From Elainellaceae cyanobacterium (GTDB taxonomy: Bacteria > Cyanobacteriota > Cyanobacteriia > CAZCXK01): a DNA stretch of 64,000 bases. A program made the translations under genes and the position numbers. This document shows positions 48,998 through 58,823 of this stretch, in pieces. Positions within the stretch are counted from its first letter, which is position 1; every line of letters starts with the position of its first letter. The stretch covers positions 17,049 through 81,048 of the forward strand of contig JBNPEG010000017.1 of NCBI GenBank assembly GCA_051117555.1. The letters run 5' to 3'. The notes under the pieces were generated by a model that was not told the origin of the DNA, ran no database searches, and saw only the letters and a program-made list of their open reading frames with translations.

Positions 48998-50626
48998 CTA
49001 ATATTCAATCTCTTCCCCCGGCAAGGCTGGCACAAGGTCAGGTGGTTGACGAACTTGAGTCGCCTGCTCAAACGCATAGGCAAAACCGAGGAGCTTGGGT
49101 TCGCTGTAGGCGTCTGCCATAAACGATAGCCCCACCGGTAGCCCGTGAGACGTATATCCCATCGGCAGGGTGACATCAGGGAATCCGGCAATATTCGCTA
49201 AATACCCCGCCGTGTAAGGATCGCCCACATTACAAACATACGTTGGGTCATCCGTATCAAATAGGGGGCTTGCCGGACACGCCATCGTGGGATAGATAAT
49301 CGCGTCTAGGGTCTCTAGATCCATCTGGCTAAGAATTTGACTGCGAACCGCCGGGATTTTGTTAGACACAGCATATAAATATCCGGTATCTGCCAACCCC
49401 GCGCTCTCTTCAGACTCGACAAATCCTGAAATTCGCCCCGGATTAACGGGCGTTTCTGAGGTCACAACATCAGGCGACATGCTGATCGCGATAATGTCGC
49501 TCAGCGTTTTAGGAAATCCGCGAGCCAGGGTGGACAAATAGAGCTCAAGTTGGGGTTCAAACTCTGCTGTGACTGCCGGACTCATGACGCTCCACCCCGA
49601 TTGCAGCATTTCTGAAAATTGAACATCCACCACGGTGGCACCCAACTCTTCTAACCTGGCGATCGCCTGTTCTGTCAGCTCATCGACCTCTGGATTGCCG
49701 CCTAAAAAATCGCGCGCTATCCCAATCCTGGCACCGTCTAGAGAATCGGCATCTAAAAATTGGGTGTAGTCGGTGTAGAACTGCCCTTCGCTTTCGAGCG
49801 TGCGCGGGTCGCTGAGGTCAATACCCGTCATAAATCCAAGGGCGATCGCAGCATCGGTGACCGTCCGCGCCATTGGCCCTCCAACATCAAACGACAAGGT
49901 CAGGGGAACGATCCCGTCGCGGCTGGTGAGTCCAAGCGTTGGCTTAATGCCCACCAGTCCCGTCACCGAGGCAGGTCCGCGAATAGAGCCTGCGGTGTCG
50001 GTTCCGGTTCCAAAGACTGCAAAATTTGCGGCGATCGCGGCGGCTGTGCCACTGCTTGAGCCTGACGCATTGCGCGATCGCCGATAGGGATTTAGGGTTA
50101 ACCCACCCAGCGAACTGTATCCCAAGCGTCCGTAGGAGAGGGCAAACTCGCTCATATTGGCTTTGCCGAGAATGATAGCGCCTGCCTCTCGAAGCTGCTG
50201 AACCACAAATGCATCATCGGGCGGCATAGAGCCTTTGAGCGTAATCGACCCGGCGCTAGTCGGCAAGTCTACCGTGTCGTAGTTATCTTTGAGAATGATT
50301 GGCATTCCGTGGAGTATGCTGCGGGCTCCGTCAGTTTGCCGTTCTTGATCAAGGGCTTGAGCAAGTGCGATCGCATTTGGGTTGAGCGTGATTAGAGAAT
50401 TGATTGCGGGGCCTTGTTGGTCATAAGCAGCAATGCGATTGAGATAAAGCTGAACCAACTGCTCTGATGTGAGTGCTCCGGCCTCAAAGGCTTGATTGAT
50501 ATCGGTAATGGTGGCGTCTGTTAACCGAAACGTTTCTGCCAATGCGGTTTGAACACCTGTCAAGAAGACGATTGCAGAGGTGGAAACCGTGGCGATCGCC
50601 CACCTTACCCATGTCGAATTGCCCAT
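48998..50626 (-). CDS. Secreted amidase-signature family enzyme
   Basis: Signal peptide (VQTALA), ILKDN, SGSSSGTAAA, GTDTAGSIRGP (K-S-S triad). Confidence 0.92.
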   Translation of the reverse strand: MGNSTWVRWAIATVSTSAIVFLTGVQTALAETFRLTDATITDINQAFEAGALTSEQLVQLYLNRIAAYDQQGPAINSLITLNPNAIALAQALDQERQTDGARSILHGMPIILKDNYDTVDLPTSAGSITLKGSMPPDDAFVVQQLREAGAIILGKANMSEFALSYGRLGYSSLGGLTLNPYRRSRNASGSSSGTAAAIAANFAVFGTGTDTAGSIRGPASVTGLVGIKPTLGLTSRDGIVPLTLSFDVGGPMARTVTDAAIALGFMTGIDLSDPRTLESEGQFYTDYTQFLDADSLDGARIGIARDFLGGNPEVDELTEQAIARLEELGATVVDVQFSEMLQSGWSVMSPAVTAEFEPQLELYLSTLARGFPKTLSDIIAISMSPDVVTSETPVNPGRISGFVESEESAGLADTGYLYAVSNKIPAVRSQILSQMDLETLDAIIYPTMACPASPLFDTDDPTYVCNVGDPYTAGYLANIAGFPDVTLPMGYTSHGLPVGLSFMADAYSEPKLLGFAYAFEQATQVRQPPDLVPALPGEEIEY

Positions 50627-50709
50627 AACGCCCCAACACCTTGAACACTCGGCTACCCTAGCGCGGGGATGTTGAGCAAGTCGTTACAAGAGCTACATTT
50701 TTTCACTAC

Positions 50710-50743
50710 AAAAACCCTCTGCGTAAATGCAAGAGGGTTTTTT
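50710..50743. terminator. Intrinsic terminator after the repeat-protein gene
   Basis: AAAAACCCTCTGC-gtaaat-GCAAGAGGGTTTTTT hairpin with T tracts on both strands. Confidence 0.8.
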
Positions 50744-50782
50744 AAAGCGGGAGCAACGCTTGAGTGTTCGTTGAGATGCGGT

Positions 50783-51382
50783 CTAATGTCCTACCCCTTG
50801 AATGATTTCATCACGCTGACGTTCGCCGAGTTGATTGCCCTGTCCATCGATGAATTCATCACGCTGGCGATCGGAGAGTTGATTGCCCTGTCCGTCGATG
50901 AACTCATCACGTTGACGCTCAGATAGCTTGTTACCTTGTCCGCTGATGAACTCATCACGCTGGCGATCGGAGAGTTGATTGCCTTGTCCGTCAATGAATT
51001 CATCGCGTTGACGGTCCGATAGCTGATTGCCTTGTCCGCTTACAAATTCATCGCGTTGACGCTCAGATAGCTTGTTACCCTGTCCATCGATGAACTCGTC
51101 ACGCTGGCGGTCCGAAAGCTGATTGCCTTGTCCGCTTACAAATTCATCGCGTTGACGCTCAGATAGCTTGTTACCTTGTCCGCTGATGAACTCATCACGC
51201 TGACGCTCAGATAGCTTGTTACCTTGTCCGCTGATGAACTCATCACGCTGGCGATCGGAGAGTGAGACCGTTGACTGACGTGACTCTTGGGAAACGATCT
51301 CTGCTCGAACGGTAGAAGGCACGATAATAGCAGACAATGCAACGAGAGACAGACCTGCAAAAATAGCGCGTTTCATAATCAT
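50783..51382 (-). CDS. Secreted protein of ten 16-aa tandem repeats
   Basis: Signal peptide (VRA), then LS(D/E)RQRDEF(I/V)(S/D)GQGN(K/Q) x9 plus a divergent tenth; AGGAG RBS; 48-bp nucleotide period. Confidence 0.88.
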   Translation of the reverse strand: MIMKRAIFAGLSLVALSAIIVPSTVRAEIVSQESRQSTVSLSDRQRDEFISGQGNKLSERQRDEFISGQGNKLSERQRDEFVSGQGNQLSDRQRDEFIDGQGNKLSERQRDEFVSGQGNQLSDRQRDEFIDGQGNQLSDRQRDEFISGQGNKLSERQRDEFIDGQGNQLSDRQRDEFIDGQGNQLGERQRDEIIQGVGH

Positions 51383-51448
51383 TCTCCTGGTAATCTTGAA
51401 TCCGTGTGTAGTTGAAATTTTGTTTGAGTGGGTTTCGGTTCGTTGATT

Positions 51449-51493
51449 ACTAGAATGCGCTTCAACCCTGAGTCATCTCTGACCATTACCTGA
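51449..51493 (-). promoter_or_regulatory. TCAG direct repeats at 11-bp period followed by TCTAGT
   Basis: ctga on + strand at 51468, 51479, 51490 (ctgg at 51512); same 13-nt spacing to T(A/C)TAGT as at 15452-15507. Confidence 0.55.
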
Positions 51494-51574
51494 GAAACTG
51501 ATAAGAGTCTGCTGGGAAACCTGAGACGATCCTTTTTTTAGGCTGAGGAATTTGAATAGGGGTAGAGGTTTTAC

Positions 51575-52183
51575 ATGGAGCTAAAGCAGCGGCTCAAAAA
51601 TGTCAACATCTACCTAATTGGTATGATGGGGGCTGGAAAATCTACCGTTGGGCGCGTCATAGCAGACGCGCTAGGCTATCGATTTATCGATGTAGATGAT
51701 GTGATTGAACAGGTGACTCATCGGGCGATCGCCCAAATTTTTTCAGAATCTGGAGAGGAGGCATTTCGAGACATCGAAGCTCAGGTTTTGGCTGAGTTGT
51801 CAGCCTATCCACGACTGGCGATCGCCACAGGAGGAGGAATCGTGCTGAGGCGACAAAATTGGAGCTATCTTCATCATGGAATCGTGGTTTGGCTTGATGC
51901 CCCCGTTGAAGTACTTTATGCTCGACTGCAAGGCAATACGACCCGTCCTCTCCTACAGACTCCAAATCCGCAACAAAAACTTCAAGACATTCTCCACCAT
52001 CGACAGTCTCTCTATGCCCAAGCTGACGTTCGAGTCCCGATTTCTTCAAATGAGTCTCCCCATCTGCTCGCAAATCGCATTCTCGATGCGATCGCCCAGG
52101 TTCTCAAACCAGAATCATCCCCCGTTCCTCTTGATCTAGACCCTACCCAATCCTCATTCAACGATCACGCCACCGATGCTTAA
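51575..52183 (+). CDS. aroK: Shikimate kinase
   Basis: [27 protein letters not shown]. Confidence 0.95.
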   Translation: MELKQRLKNVNIYLIGMMGAGKSTVGRVIADALGYRFIDVDDVIEQVTHRAIAQIFSESGEEAFRDIEAQVLAELSAYPRLAIATGGGIVLRRQNWSYLHHGIVVWLDAPVEVLYARLQGNTTRPLLQTPNPQQKLQDILHHRQSLYAQADVRVPISSNESPHLLANRILDAIAQVLKPESSPVPLDLDPTQSSFNDHATDA

Positions 52184-53069
52184 CAACAGCGAATATATTC
52201 AAAAAGCCGAAGCGACCCGCGTTCGCGTCTTGAGTGAAGCGCTTCCCTACATTCAACAATTCTCAGGACGCACTATCGTCGTCAAATACGGCGGCGCAGC
52301 GATGAAAGACAGTGACCTGAAAGCCAAGGTCATGCGCGATATTGTGTTTCTCTCCTGCGTCGGGTTGCGCCCGGTTGTTGTTCATGGAGGGGGGCCAGAG
52401 ATTAACTCCTGGCTTGGGAAAATCGGCATCGAGCCCCAGTTTAAGAACGGCTTACGGGTCACGGATGCGGCCACGATGGATGTGGTCGAAATGGTACTTG
52501 TGGGTCGGGTCAATAAGGAAATCGTCTCGCTCATCAACCGAGCGGGTGGGTCTGCGGTTGGGCTCTGTGGCAAAGACGCGAATTTGATTCGAGCACGCCC
52601 TCAGGGTGAAACCGGAATTGGATTTGTAGGCGAAGTCAACAGCATGGATGCCAAGCTGGTTGAGTCGCTCGTAACCACTGGTTATATTCCAGTTGTGTCG
52701 AGCGTAGCAGCGGATGAAGCCGGGCAAGCCTACAACATTAATGCCGATACGGTCGCAGGCGAATTGGCGGCGGCTCTCAATGCCGAAAAGCTTATCCTCT
52801 TGACCGATACGCCAGGCATTTTAAAAGATCGAGACGACGCTGCCTCCCTAATTGCCAAAATGGATATCCAAACGGCCCGTCGTTTGATAAGCGACGGCAT
52901 TGTCGGAGGCGGCATGATTCCAAAAGTGAGCTGTTGCGTGCGATCGCTCGCCCAAGGCGTTAGAGCGGCACACATCATCGATGGACGCATCCCGCATGCT
53001 CTGCTACTCGAAATTTTCACCGACGCCGGGATCGGTTCGATGATCGTCGCATCCGAGTTTATCGGTTAA
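52176..53069 (+). CDS. argB: Acetylglutamate kinase
   Basis: [30 protein letters not shown]. Confidence 0.97.
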   Translation: MLNNSEYIQKAEATRVRVLSEALPYIQQFSGRTIVVKYGGAAMKDSDLKAKVMRDIVFLSCVGLRPVVVHGGGPEINSWLGKIGIEPQFKNGLRVTDAATMDVVEMVLVGRVNKEIVSLINRAGGSAVGLCGKDANLIRARPQGETGIGFVGEVNSMDAKLVESLVTTGYIPVVSSVAADEAGQAYNINADTVAGELAAALNAEKLILLTDTPGILKDRDDAASLIAKMDIQTARRLISDGIVGGGMIPKVSCCVRSLAQGVRAAHIIDGRIPHALLLEIFTDAGIGSMIVASEFIG

Positions 53070-53079
53070 TTTAATTGAT

Positions 53080-53571
53080 TCAATATCGATAGCACGCCCG
53101 TTGCAGATTGCCGAGTTCTATACAGTTTTCTAAATCGCTGCTCATCGGAATACTGATTCGGCGCGGTTCGCGATGGCGATAGCGACCATAGCGATCAGAT
53201 TCAACAATCACCGGATTGACCAGCGTTGAGTCGATAATCGTTGAATCAACCACCACCGGATTGACCAACGTCGAGTCAATGATCACACGAGATGGGCGAT
53301 TATAACGAGAATAGGGCGATCGCCGGATCACTCGAATAGTTGTCCCAGGCTCCGAAATCCGTACGGTCGGAACGCGATCGCCATAGCGGATATGGCTATG
53401 AGGATTGCGTTCTAAATCAACGTAGATGCCTCGCCCTGCTACCTGACTCTGTCCTGAAATCACGACCTCAGCCGTAGCCGGCAACGTGGCAAATAGCCCC
53501 ATGCCTGTTGCAAATGCTAAGAGGGCTAAACCAGAGCGAAACCGACGAGTCGGAACAATTGGATGAAACAT
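53080..53571 (-). CDS. Secreted hypothetical protein with duplicated IIDSTLVNPV motif
   Basis: Signal peptide ending PATA; IIDSTLVNPVVV / IIDSTLVNPVIV; C-terminal Cys pair. Confidence 0.75.
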   Translation of the reverse strand: MFHPIVPTRRFRSGLALLAFATGMGLFATLPATAEVVISGQSQVAGRGIYVDLERNPHSHIRYGDRVPTVRISEPGTTIRVIRRSPYSRYNRPSRVIIDSTLVNPVVVDSTIIDSTLVNPVIVESDRYGRYRHREPRRISIPMSSDLENCIELGNLQRACYRY

Positions 53572-53849
53572 GGTGGATTACCGCATAAGAGTGGATAAGT
53601 AGGGGCTTATGTGTAATGACTCACAGCCGATTTCCAGGTTTCTAAAGCTGTGTAGTACCTGAGTCAACTAAGCAGAATTAATCGAACAAGATTGACTGAA
53701 TCAGGGTAATGGTGATGCGGTTCCCTAAAGTAGTGTAATCAAGGCAAAGCAATTATTGCCTTAACTTTAGACTACCGCAGACGACCCAAATTTGCCTTGG
53801 GCGCTCGTCCCCCTAGAAGCCATTCGTCTGATTCGGTAGGCTAAATACT

Positions 53850-54380
53850 ATGAGCACCGAACAACTTGAACTCGCAAAATTTCAGTATCGCGCCGGGAAA
53901 GACGCCTTTGAACGGGGGCGCTATCGACAAGCCGTGCAATATCTTGAAAAAGCAGTGAGCCTGGTTAAACGCACCTCTCGATTGGGAGGCGAAATGCAAA
54001 TTTGGCTCATCACTGCCTATGAAGCCGCAGAACAACGGGAAGATGCGATCGCCCTTTGCAATCAAATTAGTCGTCATCCTGACCCTGAAACCTCTAAACA
54101 GGGCAAACGGTTGCTATATATTCTTAAAGCACCCCGACTAAAAACTCGCCCAGAGTGGCTGACCCAGATTCCAGATTTGACCGCCCTAGATGAAATCTCT
54201 CAACAGGGGCAGGGGCTATCCAAATATACGCCGACGACTAAAAAGCCCAAGCGCCGCCCTCCGAAGAAGGAGCCTGAATTCGTTGATCTGAGTCAGGTCA
54301 ACACCCAAGATAATCAGTTTATCTGGTTTGCACTCGTGGCGATCGCGCTGACAATCGGCGGACTGTGGTGGGTGAGTTGA
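53850..54380 (+). CDS. TPR-containing protein with C-terminal membrane anchor
   Basis: YRAGKDAFERGRYRQAVQYLEKA TPR-like helices; hydrophobic C-terminus. Confidence 0.82.
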   Translation: MSTEQLELAKFQYRAGKDAFERGRYRQAVQYLEKAVSLVKRTSRLGGEMQIWLITAYEAAEQREDAIALCNQISRHPDPETSKQGKRLLYILKAPRLKTRPEWLTQIPDLTALDEISQQGQGLSKYTPTTKKPKRRPPKKEPEFVDLSQVNTQDNQFIWFALVAIALTIGGLWWVS

Positions 54381-54473
54381 CGATCAGGTTTTACGAGTGA
54401 ATTACGTTACATGAACTCACAACTCGAAACCCGTTCCCCTAAACTATAAGGATGAAATTTCAATCTCCCCCTT

Positions 54474-55361
54474 ATGTCTCGATTGCCCTATCACGTCCGG
54501 CACGGGTGTAATGTCTCCCTACCCCCTTATTCCGAACAGCGATCCCCCGCTCAACGATGGTTCATGAGATTGCCAAGAGGAGTTCGGGCGATCGCCCGTG
54601 GATTCCTACGACTGCGCCTTTTGTGGATTATTCTGGCATCACTCTGCCTCTCAGGATGCGTGCAATATGACGTCGGCATTGTTTATGCCGATCAGCATCA
54701 CGGAAAAATTATTCAGCACATTAACCTTGCAGAGCGATTGACTCAGTTTAGCGGGGATGTCACCCACGACTGGTTAGAGAGCATTCAGACGAGAACACGA
54801 GACTTGGGTGGGCGCATTCAACGAGTATCTGATCACGAACTCGTAGCGACGATACCGTTTAACAACGGCGACGATTTGACAACCAAATTTAATCAGTTTT
54901 TTCAAGCCGAATCATCGGATTCCGAATCTGCTGCTCAATCGATCCCTGACTTGCCCAATCTCTCATCACACCTCAGCCTCCATGAGAGCAATTTTCTCTT
55001 GGTACTCCGAAATCGCCTAACCTACCACATTGACCTGCGATCGCTCGATATGCTTGCATCTCAGGGCAATCTATTAATCAATCCGGGAAACCTTCTGAAT
55101 CTAACGTTTAGTCTGACAACGCCGTGGGGAGCCCGCATTGTTGACGTATCAGACGTTTCTAGACAAGAGATTGCTCAGCAAGGGCAGCAGATTATCTGGA
55201 CGCTTCACCCTGGAGTCGTCAATCATCTTGACATTGTGTTTTGGATACCGAGTCCACTCGGAATGGGTACGCTAATTATTATTATTGGGGTGGTAGCGGG
55301 GGCATTTTTAAGACGACAAATTTTCTCATCTAGCCCGACGGCTATTGAATCTATTGAATAA
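54474..55361 (+). CDS. DUF3153-like lipoprotein/membrane protein (true start probably downstream)
   Basis: Lipobox LSGC, IPFNNG, IDLRSL, FWIPSPLGMG plus C-terminal TM. Confidence 0.78.
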   Translation: MSRLPYHVRHGCNVSLPPYSEQRSPAQRWFMRLPRGVRAIARGFLRLRLLWIILASLCLSGCVQYDVGIVYADQHHGKIIQHINLAERLTQFSGDVTHDWLESIQTRTRDLGGRIQRVSDHELVATIPFNNGDDLTTKFNQFFQAESSDSESAAQSIPDLPNLSSHLSLHESNFLLVLRNRLTYHIDLRSLDMLASQGNLLINPGNLLNLTFSLTTPWGARIVDVSDVSRQEIAQQGQQIIWTLHPGVVNHLDIVFWIPSPLGMGTLIIIIGVVAGAFLRRQIFSSSPTAIESIE

Positions 55362-55561
55362 ATGATGCAGTATTTAGCCAGTAGCTGATGGATCAAGTGT
55401 ATTATTTGCACGAAGCTGTTAGACTGGGCTCAGCGTCGGCTATTCGACTATATTTGTCACAAATCTTGATATATAGCGTTGAGTTGCATCAACGGGTTCA
55501 AGGTGTGCTAGATTCCCCGATAGTTTAAAGGTCAACATCCACAAGGTTGAGGGTTCATACG

Positions 55562-55927
55562 ATGCGCCAACTCAATTTCGTGATCATTTTTGTTATCTGT
55601 CTTGCGCTAGTCTTATTCGGTATCGAAAATACTGAACCTGCTGTCATTCATATCATTAAAGGGATTGATGTCCGAGCTCCATTGTCGGTTGAGCTGCTCA
55701 TCGCCATGGGGATCGGTGCGGTTCTTGCGTGGGTCTTTAGCGTATGGACTCATCTCCAGCGCTTTATCGACTCGGGACGAGAACTGCAACAACGGGAAGA
55801 GCGCATTCAGGAATTGGAGCAAGATGTCGAACATTACAAAGTCGAACTCGAAGAGCAGCAGCGTCTTCTTCCTGCCTCACAAGCTGAGACAAAAGACGCA
55901 GAAGCCACTGAGGTGTTTGCTAAGTAG
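55562..55927 (+). CDS. LapA-domain membrane protein
   Basis: MRQLNFVIIFVICLALVLFGIEN, two TMs and coiled-coil tail. Confidence 0.85.
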   Translation: MRQLNFVIIFVICLALVLFGIENTEPAVIHIIKGIDVRAPLSVELLIAMGIGAVLAWVFSVWTHLQRFIDSGRELQQREERIQELEQDVEHYKVELEEQQRLLPASQAETKDAEATEVFAK

Positions 55928-55995
55928 ACCATGACTGAGTAGAGTTCGATTGAATTTAAGGCGTATCTCTGCCAATTCTCTGGAAAAATCTTGAA

Positions 55996-56089
55996 TATAG
56001 CCATACGCTCTCGCGTTAGGACGTTAAACGTGTGGTGAGCCCCCGCGCCGCGGGGGCTCACCACACAAACCTAAACCCTACGGGCTATA
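55996..56089. mobile_element. MITE-like element, TATAGC-end family
   Basis: tatagcc...ggctata ends; perfect hairpin tgtggtgagcccccgcg/cgcgggggctcaccaca. Confidence 0.7.
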
Positions 56090-56287
56090 TATTTTGCAGG
56101 ATTTTTCTAACTAGCCATTTTTTCTCACCCTGACTCGGAATTGAGGCGTTGGTTCAAACATTTGCCTTCGATAGTTATCAGCTCATTGATCCTCATAGTC
56201 TATGGAGTCTATGGGTGCCATTCGTCCTTCTAGCCTTCATCGTAATGGCAGCTGTTTTCTTTGCTCGCATTCACATTCGATAACTCT

Positions 56288-57151
56288 ATGGCTCTTTCTC
56301 TCGCGCAAAATGCGATCGCCATGCTAATCGATCTGGCTGAACGGGGAGAAATTGACCCGTGGGATGTCAAAGTTATCGACGTGGTCGATCGATTTCTGAG
56401 TCAACTCCAACCGGGCAAAAGCAGCGATGCGGCACATGCGCCGTATGAAGCCGATTTGTCAGAATCAGGGCAAGCCTTTTTGTATGCATCGGTGCTAGTT
56501 CTTCTCAAAGCCGATAATCTGGCTCGATCAGAATCTCCAGACGCAGACGAGACGCTCAGTGATGATGAGTTCATCGAATCAGATGATTTATCAGAGCCCC
56601 GATTACCGCTTCATTTAGAGCGCAAACTTCGTCGTCGTGCGGTTGCGCGTCCTCCTCAAAATCGTCGGGTTACCCTGAAAGAGCTAATTACTCAACTTGA
56701 GCTGATGACGGCGGCAGTCGCTGAACATCGGCCACGGGTTCGAGCACGGCGTCCGCGTCCTCAGCCTAAGAGTCAAGCAGTTCGGGCGATCGCCCAGCTT
56801 GCCCATCAAGAAAATCTATCTGAGATTGCATCTATCCTAGAGCAGTTTCTCAGCGCCCATTGGCCTACTATCAGTGAAGGTCAGGAATGGTTGGATTTTG
56901 AGCTGCTATTAGACTTTTGGGGAACTCCAGACATGCAGCAACAAGCCGGGGTTGAAAATTTTCAAGAATTGACCGGGCACTCTCCGCAGAGCGATCGCGT
57001 CGGAGTGTTTTGGGCGCTTCTATTCCTGTCGGCTCAATCTAAAGTCGAATTAGCTCAAGAAGAATTTTACAGCGATTTAAGGGTGCGCAGTCTCGCCGAA
57101 CTATCAGAATCCGAATTATCTGATTTGTCAGCGGTTGCATTGCCAGACTAA
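56288..57151 (+). CDS. scpA: Segregation and condensation protein A (SMC kleisin)
   Basis: GEIDPWDVKVIDV, SGQAFLYASVLVLLKA, FWALLFLSAQSKVELAQEEFY. Confidence 0.92.
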   Translation: MALSLAQNAIAMLIDLAERGEIDPWDVKVIDVVDRFLSQLQPGKSSDAAHAPYEADLSESGQAFLYASVLVLLKADNLARSESPDADETLSDDEFIESDDLSEPRLPLHLERKLRRRAVARPPQNRRVTLKELITQLELMTAAVAEHRPRVRARRPRPQPKSQAVRAIAQLAHQENLSEIASILEQFLSAHWPTISEGQEWLDFELLLDFWGTPDMQQQAGVENFQELTGHSPQSDRVGVFWALLFLSAQSKVELAQEEFYSDLRVRSLAELSESELSDLSAVALPD

Positions 57152-57518
57152 GCAACCTGTGTTTTAGATTGTTCTGATGATTGGCTCAAAAATTGTAGAT
57201 ACGGGCATGATTATCAGGCACAAATCAAGACACAAGGATGATAGATATCTGCTCTAGTGCCGGTTATGGCTCGATCCAGATATGATTTGCCAGGTCAATT
57301 TTGGGTTTCTTGAAGTAACCCGCTATTATAAAAAATTGTTGGCAATATTTCGTCTGATTTAATGTAGATTTCGCAAATCTGCCATTTTGCTCCTGGTATT
57401 CTCCTAACTTTGTGAAAAACTGTAAGGTGAGGACGTTAAGCTTGACTTTAACACCTCTACCGAACGTATCTAGCCACTTCGATAGAGTAAATAGACCAGC
57501 AAAGAGGGACTTAGAACT

Positions 57519-58679
57519 ATGAAAGCCATGATTTTGGCCGCTGGCAAGGGAACACGGGTTCGACCCATTACGTATACGATTCCCAAGCCGTTGATCCCGA
57601 TCTTGCAAAAGCCAGTAATGGAATTTCTGCTTGAGCTTTTGCGTCAACACGGGTTCGACCAGATTATGGTCAATGTCAGCCATCTCGCAAACGAGATCGA
57701 AGGCTATTTTCGAGATGGTCAACGATTTGGTGTTCAGATTGCCTACTCCTTTGAAGGGCGAATTGAAGAGGGCGAACTCATCGGTGAAGCGCTAGGGTCT
57801 GCCGGTGGAATGAAGCGCATTCAAGAATTCAAACCCTTCTTCGATGACACGTTCATTGTGCTGTGCGGCGATGCGCTGATCGATCTTGATTTATCATCTG
57901 CCGTGAAATGGCACCGGGAAAAGGGCGCGATCGCCACAGTGGTCATGAAGCCAGTTCCCCGCGAAGAAGTGCCCAGCTATGGGGTAGTCGTCACTGACGA
58001 AAACGGACTTATCAAAACCTTCCAGGAAAAGCCGTCCGTCGAAGAAGCGAAGAGCACTGACATCAACACAGGAATTTATATCTTCGAACCAGAAATTTTT
58101 GACTATATCCCCTCTGGAGAGAAGTTTGACATTGGGGGCGATCTGTTCCCGAAGCTGGTTCAGTCTAGTGCTCCTTTCTATGGCGTATCAATGGACTTTG
58201 AATGGGTCGACATCGGTAAGGTGCCCGACTACTGGCACGCCATCCGCGGAGTGCTGGCAGGTGAGGTCAAAAACGTCCAGATTCCGGGTACTGAGGTTCG
58301 TCCTGGGGTCTATACTGGCTTAAATGTTGCAGTCGACTGGGATAAGGTTGAAATTCAAGGGCCGGTTTACATCGGCGGGATGACTCGTATTGATGATGGT
58401 GCCAAAATTATAGGCCCCACCATGATCGGGCCAAGCTGCCACATTTGCGGTGGAGCCACGATTGACAACAGTGTCATCTTTGAATATTCTCGCATCGGCC
58501 CAGGAGCGCTGTTGGCAAATAAGCTGGTGTTTGGTCGCTACTGTGTTGATAAGACGGGCGCTTCGGTGGATGTGCAGGCAGCCGCTCTTGACTGGCTAAT
58601 CACCGATACTCGGCAATCTCCGCCGCCTCACACTGCGCCAGAACGGCAGGCGATCGCCGAATTGCTAGGGCACGGGTAA
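57519..58679 (+). CDS. cugP: Cyanobacterial UTP-glucose-1-phosphate uridylyltransferase (NDP-sugar synthase)
   Basis: MKAMILAAGKGTRVRPIT, FQEKP, WVDIGKVPDY, hexapeptide tail, AAALDWLITD. Confidence 0.88.
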   Translation: MKAMILAAGKGTRVRPITYTIPKPLIPILQKPVMEFLLELLRQHGFDQIMVNVSHLANEIEGYFRDGQRFGVQIAYSFEGRIEEGELIGEALGSAGGMKRIQEFKPFFDDTFIVLCGDALIDLDLSSAVKWHREKGAIATVVMKPVPREEVPSYGVVVTDENGLIKTFQEKPSVEEAKSTDINTGIYIFEPEIFDYIPSGEKFDIGGDLFPKLVQSSAPFYGVSMDFEWVDIGKVPDYWHAIRGVLAGEVKNVQIPGTEVRPGVYTGLNVAVDWDKVEIQGPVYIGGMTRIDDGAKIIGPTMIGPSCHICGGATIDNSVIFEYSRIGPGALLANKLVFGRYCVDKTGASVDVQAAALDWLITDTRQSPPPHTAPERQAIAELLGHG

Positions 58680-58823
58680 GGCTTATTCTGGCTTGACGCA
58701 TTGTCTTCATGGATTTTATCTTCATGGATTTTAAGGGGCATCTTAACTGATGCCCCTGCTTGATGTAGCCGTGTGAGCTTTGTTTCGTGCGTTCGACGTC
58801 ACTCAGGCGCACACCCCTAAAGA

